A stretch of DNA of 64,000 bases from Octopus sinensis. Taxonomy: Eukaryota. The DNA lies in NCBI RefSeq assembly GCF_006345805.1, contig NW_021835464.1:1-64000 (forward strand). The letters run 5' to 3'. Numbering within the stretch: position 1 is the stretch's first letter; each line of letters begins with the position of its first letter. The notes beneath the pieces are model-generated. The model was not told where the DNA came from. It did no database searches and saw only the letters and a list, made by a program, of their open reading frames with translations. This document shows, in pieces, positions 53,813 through 64,000 of this stretch. A program made the translations under genes and the position numbers.

Positions 53813-54230
53813 GTATATATAATTAAACCACGGTTGTGGTTGAATATATTCTTAAGTCCACAACTACGTCAATCGCAGCATCTTCCAAACTTCACCACTT
53901 ATTTAGGTCTCAAATAAATTGCAAACTGTTTTAAATAGTTTTACAGAGGACACCTCCTCAGCTACACTTTGGCATAAAGAGTTTGAGATTTTGTTCAGTA
54001 GAAAAAAAGTTACATCGAAATACCTGCTACCTCAAGGAGGGCAGTAAGGCAGATATTCATTTTCAATTAACATATACTTGTTAATTTTAAACTAAAAGTA
54101 TGCTTTTTTTTAGGCTTAAATGATAGAAAAATGCACGAGGAATTCATAATTGTTAGTCGCATTGAACAAAAATTAGTAGAAAATCTGTTATGAGGTAAAA
54201 CGTTACGAAATTTAATGTTAGTAAGTAAGT

Positions 54231-56148
54231 AAGGGAGTAACGCTTAAGCAATAAGGATAAATAATTTATTTCTAAAATGAATACTTACATCCTAAAGCAG
54301 TTATCTGGCAGAGACGTTAACGCGCCGGGCGAAATACTTAGGGGTATTTTAAATTTCGCTGATGTCGACTTTGACGTACATATATTTTAATTATTTTTTT
54401 ATTTTAACTAAACCCTTTCAAACTTCCCATACTGCTAGAATATGTCACATAGAACTGGATTTACTCTTAACGATTTTGACAAAATTTTGTATATTAAAAG
54501 CGGTATTTCGTCTGTCTTTAGGTTCTGAGTTCAAATCCCGCCGAGGTCGACTTTATCTTTCATCCATTTCGGATCTACTCAATTCGATGTTTTTGACAAA
54601 ATTTTGTATTTTAGAAGCGGTATTTCGTCTGTCTTTAGGTTCTGAGTTCAAATCCCGCCGAGGTCGACTTTATCTTTCATCCATTTCGGATCTACTCAAT
54701 TCGATGTTTTTGACAAAATTTTGTATTTTAGAAGTTATTTCGACGGAAATTAGAGAGTGACAATGGACAAATCCGTGTTTGATAAGTGCCAATAGACGAA
54801 AATCTCAGCTTTTGACTTACTTTCTAACTTCTGCCGGTGATGTATAAACACATATCACCTATATGTGCAAAAAATCTTATCACGCAATCAAAGCAATGAA
54901 AGAGCCTCTAACTGGTCGCTCAACACGCTAAAAATAGCAGTCAACGTATCCCCCTACCTAAATCACACGCCCATTGTATGAAATGGCCTACATTATCCCT
55001 AAAAAGACGGTTTGCTGAAGGCTAGAATGTCTTTGATGATAGGTTTGCAGTATCAGGTTTGATTTGAGGCTACATAGCAACATTATGGTAATACACGCAC
55101 GATTTTCACTAAGAAAATAAAGAATTTGATTTTTTTGTGTGGAATGAAGTACCCTGACCTCATTATATGTTGCAAATCCCCTTATTTTGGCCCGAAAACA
55201 TGTAGTGGTGTGTTCTCCACCAATCCCGGAAGATATTTTCCGTTGAATGAATTTATGTGACCTCCTAGTATTGCAAAATTTGGTTACTTAACGTAACTGA
55301 TGGTTTTGTAGTGTTGTTGTGTGTAACTTCTCGTGAGCCCTGGTGCAACCAACAACATGGTAAAATTCCCTGCCATTAATTTGGTGTGGATGGGTAATAT
55401 TAAATAATTCAATTATAACATATATTTAAATTAAACATGAAGAAAACTGAAATATTATTATCACTTACATGGAAAAATTGAAATATTATCTTTCAGTAGT
55501 TTATAAGGTAAAATCTTGAATTATTAATTGACACATTAGGTAGGGGGATACGTTGACTGCTATTTTTAGCGTGTTGAGCGACCAGTTAGAGGCTCTTTCA
55601 TTGCTTTGATTGCGTGATAAGATTTTTTGCACATATATGGAGTATGTGTTTATACATCACCGGCAGAAGTTAGAAAGTAAGTCAAAAGCTGAGATTTTCG
55701 TCTATTGGCACTTATCAAACACGGATTTGTCCATTGTCACTCTCTAATTTCCGTCGAAATAACTTCTAAAATACAAAATTTTGTCAAAAACATCGAATTG
55801 AGTAGATCCGAAATGGATGAAAGATAAAGTCGACCTCGGCGGAATTTGAACTCAGAACCTAAAGACAGACAAAATACCGCTTTTAATATACAAAATTTTG
55901 TCAAAATCGTTAAGAGTAAATCCAGTTCTATGTGACATATTCTAGCAGAATGGGAAGTTTGAATGTGTTTAGTTTAAATAAAAAATAATCAAAATATTTG
56001 TACGTCAAAGTCGATATCAGCGAAATTTGAAATACCCCTACGTATTTCGCCCGGCGCGTTAACGCCTCTGCCAGATCACCGCTTTAGGATGTAAGTGTTC
56101 ATTTTAGAAATAAATTCTTTATCCTTATTGCTTAAGCGTTACTCCCTT
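54231..56148. repeat. Inverted duplication (arms 54231-54962 and 55536-56148, ~570-bp spacer) containing SINE B fragments
   Basis: Colinear reverse complement with scattered substitutions; the left arm has an extra 117-bp tandem copy (54500-54616 and 54617-54733). Confidence 0.9.
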
Positions 56149-56182
56149 GTCATAAAACAGCAATGTCTGGAAAAATCATGGA

Positions 56183-56705
56183 TTACATGGAAAAATGCGA
56201 GCATAAAAAGTCATATTCTTAAGATTATAAACCTGGAAAACTACAGGAAAACTTATTACACCTGTAAAAGAATAGGACAATCTATTACTTCTAGTAAATT
56301 AAAGAATGAGAAACTTCTTTACTTAAAATTTAGCAGCTAAAACTGAAATTTGAATATTAAAACTTATTTTACTTTAGTTTACAAATAACACGATACTTAT
56401 TTAAGTAGAATTTGGCTAATTTATTACCTTAAATACAGAAAAAGTGACTAATTAGACAAACTTACAAATTAGCTGAACAGTTTTGTACAATAAAATTACA
56501 AGATCAGAAGTGTAAGAAGTGATAAATTAGAAGAACTGGCATTCTTTGCTGCAATATTCTAAGTAAAAAGTTTCTTTTTTTTTTTTACTTTACTAGAAGT
56601 AATAGCTTGTTCTATACTTTTACAGGTGTAGTAACTTGTCAAGTACTTTTCCAGATTTATAATCTTAAGAATATTACTTTTCATGCTCGCAGTTTTCCAT
56701 GTAAT
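56183..56705. repeat. Older ~155-bp inverted repeat (56183-56340 and ~56548-56705)
   Basis: attacatggaaaa.tgcgagcat.aaaagt.atattcttaagattataaa pairs with its reverse complement near 56655-56705. Confidence 0.75.
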
Positions 56706-57059
56706 TAATGCTTACATTGATATGAGCGTATGGATGAGTGCTTTGTGTGTGTGTTTGTGTGTGAGTAAGTGTATGCGTTTGTGTATGTGTGTGTGTGTTT
56801 ATCTGTGTATGTGTCAATTAATATCAGAACCCATAAGCAATCTCCATGGTTAAATTTCCGCACGGTTTGTTCGAACCAGAGTACACGCCCTCGTGAAGCA
56901 AACATCTTTACTCCACTGCCACGATGGCATCGCATGCGCACACCTGCAGGTATATACGTATTCACATACGAGTGTGTATGTGTGGGTGAATGCAAGTATT
57001 TGTATATAAACGACATATGATATGAGTAGACAGACGCGTATATATGCTCAAATCAACAC

Positions 57060-57071
57060 GTACGTATACGC

Positions 57072-57108
<37 letters not shown>

Positions 57109-57718
57109 TAAACATGCACATAAATATATATATGCTTATATAAAACATGTTTATATATGTGTGTGTGTGTATAGATATATATATATATATATATGTACTT
57201 ATATACACACATATAGATATATTTTTGTATAAAAGCATATATGCATATATATGTATACATATATACACGTATATACCTCTGGATTGCTCTGACGTTTATA
57301 CACGTTAATGATTTTCACTGAGACTAAATGTGTTCGTTCCTTGTATGGTTTCTCCTATGATTGCGAGGAATCCTACAAAATGGCCAAGCAATTACAGCAG
57401 TTCAAATGGTTGGGGCAGTGGAGGTGATGACTGACTGACGTTGTATTTAACCTCAACTAAGTATCTCCGTATATGTGTGTATGTACAAATACATGTATGT
57501 ATGCATGTAATTATATACGTATGCATATACACACAAAGAGAGAAAGAGACAGGCAGACAAATCTAGATAGATAGATAGATATTTAGATACGTACATTGAT
57601 AGACAGGCATATACATAGACACATTGAGAGAGAAACAGGTAGATAGACAATTAGATGGCTATATGGATATATATATATATTCTTATAAGTATATATATAT
57701 ATTATATATACACATATA

Positions 57719-57770
<52 letters not shown>

Positions 57771-57773
57771 AGC

Positions 57774-57804
<31 letters not shown>

Positions 57805-57962
57805 TACATACATATATATATATATAATAATATATTTATACAGATATACCCTTAGAGATATAATTATCATATATACGTATACGTAACTACATGTCTATAC
57901 TCTCTCTCCCTTCCTCTTCTCTCTCTCTCTGTATGCATACATATATATACATATATATTGTG

Positions 57963-58016
<54 letters not shown>

Positions 58017-58074
58017 TATATATATATTCTCTCTCATAGTTGTGTGTATATATATAAATATATATATACACCAC

Positions 58075-58113
<39 letters not shown>

Positions 58114-58120
58114 TGCATAC
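57060..58120. repeat. (TA)n-dominated compound microsatellites
   Basis: Direct reading. Confidence 0.9.
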
Positions 58121-58646
58121 AACACTGTAGCTATTCTTGTCTTCTTAACTGCAAGACCTTTTCAAATAAAAGATAGAAAATAGATTTCTCCTGACGAAAT
58201 ACAGATTTAATCTATTACGATTATTATTAACCTGAAATTTCAGAATCTTAAATTCACATAATGCTTCGCTTGTATTTACATTATTTCCATGGCTGAAACA
58301 TTTAAGGTAACATTTATAATAATTCAAAAGGAAAACACGGGAAAAATTCGTAAATTTTTCAAATTATGTGCTATATGCAGTTGGTATGCTTTCCAAGCAC
58401 CGGGTTTTCGGTTCAATTCTGCTAAGAGCCAATTTAGTTACGGGTTTAGTTCTATAGATTCTGGCCCTTAAAAAACATTGTCCTTTTGCTGGATGGAGAT
58501 AGGAATTGGTTCTCTCTATATGACTGAATGAATGAGTGCATGCAAGTATGCATGTATATGTGTGCATATATGTATGTGTGTATGTACATGTGTAAGAATA
58601 TGTGTAAACATATATATAGATATAGATATTTATATATAGATATATA

Positions 58647-58874
58647 GCGGCGAGCTGGCAGAAACGTTAGCGCGCCGGGCGAAATCCTTAGCAGTATTTC
58701 GTCTGTCGTTACGTTCTGAGTTCAAATTCAGCCGAAGTCGACTTTGCCTTTCATCCTTTCGTGTCGATAAATAAAGTACCAGTTTCGCACTGGCGTCGAT
58801 GTAATCGACTTAACCTCTTTGTCTGTCCTTGTTTCTCCCCTCTATGTTTGTCCCCTGCTGGGCAGTAAAGAAAT
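58647..58874 (+). mobile_element. SINE family B, full length
   Basis: Colinear with 13132-13363. Confidence 0.9.
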
Positions 58875-58968
58875 ATATATGTGTGCGCGTGTGTGTATGA
58901 GTGTGTGTGACCGTTTCTGTGTCTGATTGAGTGTTTGTGTATCGCTCATTTTCTTGTATCACTCATAC

Positions 58969-59173
58969 TTGAAAATACAGGTACAACAGAAACAGGAAGT
59001 AAGAGTGAGAGAAAGTTGTGGTGAAAGAGAACAGCAGGGATCACCACCATCCCCTGTCTTGGAGCTTTAGGTGTTTTCGCTCAATAAACACTCACAACGC
59101 CCGGTCTAGGAATCGAAACCGCGATCCTATGACCGCGAGTCCGCTGCCCTAACCACTGGGCCATTGCGCCTCC
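58969..59173 (-). mobile_element. SINE family C, 5' half
   Basis: Reverse complement of 20931-21140, with a small deletion. Confidence 0.88.
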
Positions 59174-59227
59174 CCATGAGATTCTTATGGGCGTGTAATC
59201 ATTATATATACATCAGTATATTAAAAG

Positions 59228-59552
59228 TCACTTGCGCAAGGTGCCACACAGTAGGACTGAACCAGAATCCTTGTTGTTGGGAAGCAAGCTTCTTACCACA
59301 TGGACACGCTGGCGCCTATAAATGCAGTTTTTTAAATTTTTTCTTGTATTTGTTTCAGGCATTTGACTGCGGCCATGATGGAGCACCTCTTTTAGTCGAG
59401 CAAATCGCTCACAGGATTTATTCTTTCTAAGCCTAGTACTTAATCTATCAATCTCTCTTGTCGAACCGTTAGGTGACTGGGACTTAAACACACCAGCATC
59501 GTTTGTCAAGCGATGTTGAGGGGTCAGACATAGACATACAAACACACACACG

Positions 59553-59594
<42 letters not shown>

Positions 59595-59764
59595 AATATA
59601 TACGACAAGTTTCTTTCATTTCCGTCCACCAAATCCACCACAAGTATTTGGTCGACCCGAGGCTATAGTAATAGACAATTTCCGAAGGTGCTACGCAGTG
59701 GGATTGGGATTGAACCCGGAACGATGTGGTTGCTGAGAAAGCTACTTACCACACAGCCACTCCT
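59228..59764 (-). mobile_element. SINE family A: head fragment (59228-59320) and diverged full copy (59340-59764)
   Basis: Colinear with the other copies. Confidence 0.8.
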
Positions 59765-59784
59765 ATACACACACACACACACAA

Positions 59785-59858
<74 letters not shown>

Positions 59859-59859
<1 letters not shown>

Positions 59860-60065
59860 CGGGAAGGTTTACGAAAATAAACAAAAGAAGAAGGCAGGTG
59901 GAGTATAAACAAACAAATGTATTAGTATGATGCTCAGGAATAGAGATAGAACAAGTCTTTTACGTTTCGAGCCTACGCTCTTCCTCAGAAAGATACACAG
60001 AAAAAACAAGGAGAGAAACAAGGAGAGAAAAAAATGTGTGTAGGAGCTAACGGTCTATCATGGCG

Positions 60066-60067
<2 letters not shown>
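59859..60067 (-). repeat. ~210-bp repeat embedded in (TA)n, Penelope pseudo-LTR or retrozyme-like
   Basis: Same family as 37020-37135 and 38490-38680; flanked on both sides by (TA)n; carries an intact hammerhead motif. Confidence 0.75.
59956..59993 (-). ncRNA. Intact minimal type I hammerhead ribozyme motif
   Basis: UCUUU CUGAGGA A GAGC-GUAG-GCUC GAAA CGUA AAAGA: 5-bp stem I, 4-bp stem II, palindromic ACGU stem III, GUA triplet. Confidence 0.78.
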
Positions 60068-60105
<38 letters not shown>

Positions 60106-60235
60106 GAAGTCTATGATGACAAAGTATCCTACCTGTTGTCATATAGTAACGATGCTAAAGCACGCAGCGTAAATTCCGCCTATAATAGTGCCTATAATTG
60201 AAAGAATTATTATTATTATTATTATTATTATTATT

Positions 60236-60883
60236 GTCATTTACTTTTAATCTGCATGTTTGATGCAATCACTTGCCGGGGCACACCCAGCGCCCTAGGG
60301 CAAGTGAAGGTTAAGAGTTGTTGAAATATAGCTGAAAGCTTGGGGAGGGGAAGTAGAGATATATCTCCATGTAATACAAACACAAACATTTACATTTATA
60401 GGGTTTTTCTAAGGATGTGGGCAGTACTTGTTAGCACAATCTTTTGGATTTCCTTGAGACATGGTTCTCCAGGGATATTGCCTAGGTTTTTCTGACATCC
60501 CTTTTTTATCATACCTAGTGCACCTACAATAACAGGAACAGTTTTTGTTTTAAGATTCCACATCTATTGTATTTCGATTTCCAGGTCCTAATATTTGTCA
60601 AATTCCTTTACAGATACATTTTTATCAGTGGGGATGCTTACCTCTATTAGTCTTCAGGTATTTTCTTCCCTGTCTTTAACAATTATGTCTGGTCGATTAG
60701 CCTTGATCGTTCTGTCAGTGTTGACTGGAAAATCCCAGAGGATGGTGACATCTTTACCTTCAACAACTGGCTGAGGATGGTGTTCATACCAGTTAGCAGG
60801 AGTGTCGAATTTGTAGTGTTTACATATCTTCCAATGTATATACTGTCCTACCCTATCGTGGCGATTTTTGTATTCGTTTGGTG

Positions 60884-60885
<2 letters not shown>
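60236..60885 (-). mobile_element. R4/Dong-type non-LTR retrotransposon (RLE), 5'-truncated, within (TAA)n
   Basis: EYKNRHDRVGQYIHW...WYEHHP..V.E..ILWDFPVNTDRTIKANRPDIIVKD...IEVSIP...PVIVGALG...EIQKIVL..TAHILRKTL, with three internal stops; (TTA)n on both sides. Confidence 0.88.
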
Positions 60886-60948
<63 letters not shown>

Positions 60949-60989
60949 ATTATTATTATTGTTATTATTATTATTATTATTATTATTAA

Positions 60990-61022
<33 letters not shown>

Positions 61023-61035
61023 CATTATCTGTAGC

Positions 61036-61087
<52 letters not shown>

Positions 61088-61733
61088 ATAGTAGTAGTAG
61101 TAGTATCATTTCTTTTACCATGACATGCGATCCCGGTACATTTATCCAGTATCCTTCATCGGGGCATGTAAACCGAGTCAGAAAAGATGTTTCTGGTCAC
61201 AAGAAAAGCGAACATCTTTAGAAATAAAATGCTTGGCCGTATACTTAGCTCATTCGTGTATCTGGGTAACTTGTTCGGAATGTAGCCAAGGATACCAATT
61301 ACAATTGGCAAAGATGTAATTCGTTTGTTCCGCATTCTTAAAATTTCAAATTAATGCAGCGAATAATCACCAGCGTCTTCCTACTCGTTTACCATTATTA
61401 TTAACGTTGTTCTTATTGTGGTTGCTGTTGTTTTTATTATTGCCATTACCATTATTATGGACGAAGCACGGCCTGGTGTTTAGAGCATCGTAATCACGAT
61501 CGCGAGATTGTGGTTTCAATTCTTGGGAACGATTTCGTCATTGTGTTCTTGAGCAAAATACTTCACGCATTATTTACATTATTTACATTATTTACATTAT
61601 TTACATCTGATGGATATTTGTACTCATCTTTTTTGTTGTTAACGCAACATTTCGGCTACTATACCCTCCAGCCTCCTTCAGGTGTCTTGGGGAAATTTCG
61701 AACCTGAGTTCTTATTCCTAAGGTATATTTCGA

Positions 61734-61780
<47 letters not shown>

Positions 61781-61794
61781 ATTATTATTATTAT

Positions 61795-61838
<44 letters not shown>

Positions 61839-61852
61839 TTACTATTATTATT

Positions 61853-61896
<44 letters not shown>

Positions 61897-61897
<1 letters not shown>

Positions 61898-62601
61898 CGT
61901 TTGACTTTTGCTTTACATTTGCACAAGCTGGCTCCAAGTCTCCCCCAGAGACCTCAAGAGACAACAAGTTGGAAGTTCTTGTTGGTGTTATGCCTAGGGA
62001 ATTATATATTTGGTTTTGTACTTAGTGTTGTAATAGTGACTGCCTAAAAAACCAGACGAAAATTATGTTTGTTTTAAAACTTGAGATTACAAAGAAAGTA
62101 TTTTACGTAGGATATGAGCAGTTCCCATGAGCACTATCTTTTGAATTTCTGCCATTTTGGGGTTTCCTGGTATCTGAGTTAGGTAGCAATCAGCCCCTTT
62201 TGCTATCATTTTCAGGGCATCTATGGCAACAGGTATTATTTTAGTCTTCAGGTTCCACATTTTGCTGATTTCTATTTCAAGATCTTTATATTTGCTCAGT
62301 TTCCTGTAGGTCTTGGCAGATACGTTTATATCGATTGGGACAGTCATATCAATGAGGAGGCATGTTTTTTGTCTGAAGTCTTTCAATATGTTTGACCTAT
62401 TCGCGTCTATCTTTCTGTCAGTTTCAATGGGGAAGTTCCAGAGGAGTGAGATGTGGTCATTTTCAAGCACTGGAGGTGGTTTGTGTTCCCACCAGTTTTT
62501 ATCATGGGGCAAATCCAGTGTTTTTGCAGATTACCCAGTGAATATATTGTGCAGCTCTATCATGCCTGTTGAGATACTCTGTAGGCGCTAGGAGACTGCA
62601 C
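61897..62601 (-). mobile_element. R4/Dong-type non-LTR retrotransposon (second subfamily), 5'-truncated, within (TAA)n
   Basis: CSLLAPTEYLNRHDRAAQYIHWVIC, then after a frameshift WWEHKPPPVLEND..LLWNFPIETDRKIDANR...IDMTVP...KYKDLEIEISKMW...GTAHILRKIL. The 3' UTR differs from that of 60236-60885. Confidence 0.88.
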
Positions 62602-62651
<50 letters not shown>

Positions 62652-62666
62652 GTTATTATTATTATT

Positions 62667-62837
62667 GAGTGAGAGAGCAGTTCATGCCATCAAAGTGACA
62701 CTGGGGTAAAATATACGAAGCCCAATATACCCATCATGACTACCCGTCTGATAAAGGTACACCAGGCACATGCATCACAACCATATGTGCGCGACATGGT
62801 GATCTCATATCAAGATAAACAGCACATGACCTTGCAG

Positions 62838-62839
<2 letters not shown>
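62667..62839 (-). mobile_element. Non-coding (TAA)n-embedded element; 19-nt stub of the same end at 5850-5868
   Basis: gagtgagagagcagttcat occurs at both sites, directly against (TTA)n. Confidence 0.6.
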
Positions 62840-62868
<29 letters not shown>

Positions 62869-63419
62869 CATTATTATTATTATTATTATTGTTATTATTA
62901 TTATTATTATTGTTCAGGTCACTGCTTGGAATCGAACTCGGAATCTTGTAGCACGAGATAAGTAATTTCGCTGAAAGGAGTAAGTCGATTAGATTAATCA
63001 GCAATGTCCAACTGTTACTTATTTTATCGACCCAGGGCAAAGATGACTTCTGTTGAATTTGATCGCACAACATAAACATGGATGCCGATAAGTATCCCGC
63101 CCAGCCCAGCATACTAAATATTCTGCCAGCTCATTACATCTGCATTACCAAATATTAAACTTCCGTTTAACGGTTCTCATTTAGAGGACATTTAGTGACT
63201 ACATCTAGGGGATTATATGCCTATGTGAATATCATGGTATTGGCTCGTTAGATTTATAAACAGTTGCTATATTATTCTCATAGCCAGCCGCAATACGATT
63301 CCTAATAGCAAAATAGCATTCATTCTTTAAATGTATTTCTTAAAAAATCCTGCTAAAAATTATTTAGAAAATGAATGCATTTTAAAATTATAAAACCGTA
63401 TTTTCATTGACTGCCGTTG

Positions 63420-64000
<581 letters not shown>

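Larger units (their letters stand above)
61569..62947 (-). mobile_element. Second copy of the B-box/hammerhead SINE-like element, expanded by nested insertions
   Basis: The tail and hammerhead part (61569-61733, core mutated to CUGAAGG) and the head (62913-62947) are colinear with 5592-5972 once the inserts are removed. Confidence 0.7.

Noticed and set aside
61125-61319. ORFs containing CSECSQGYQL or MLGRILSSFVYLG
   Set aside because: Short frames between microsatellite and TE blocks with mutually incompatible splice interpretations.
62313-62591. 92-aa plus-strand ORF
   Set aside because: It is antisense to the R4/Dong element.

Overview
AT-rich eukaryotic (metazoan) DNA, intergenic or intronic in character, saturated with microsatellites such as (TA)n, (CA/TG)n, (TATG)n, (GATA)n, (TAA)n and (GAT)n. 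The repeat families and microsatellite density resemble an octopod cephalopod genome; this is inferred from recognition, not from a search. No complete protein-coding gene, rRNA, intact tRNA or CRISPR array is supported, and nearly all listed ORFs are microsatellite read-throughs. Recognisable content: three abundant tRNA-related SINE families (here A, B, C); 5'-truncated LINE pieces (RTE, CR1, a probable Tx1/L1 trace, and two R4/Dong-type RLE elements sitting in (TAA)n); a rearranged Ty3/Gypsy remnant; non-autonomous Helitron-like elements; TIR MITEs; and several long inverted duplications. The most striking signal is a set of different short repeats, each carrying a minimal type I hammerhead-ribozyme motif. 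One is intact at 59956-59993. Another lies in a SINE-like element with a tRNA B-box head whose internal (TAA)n tract has been invaded by TAA-targeting retroelements. A few orphan candidate exons are reported at low confidence.
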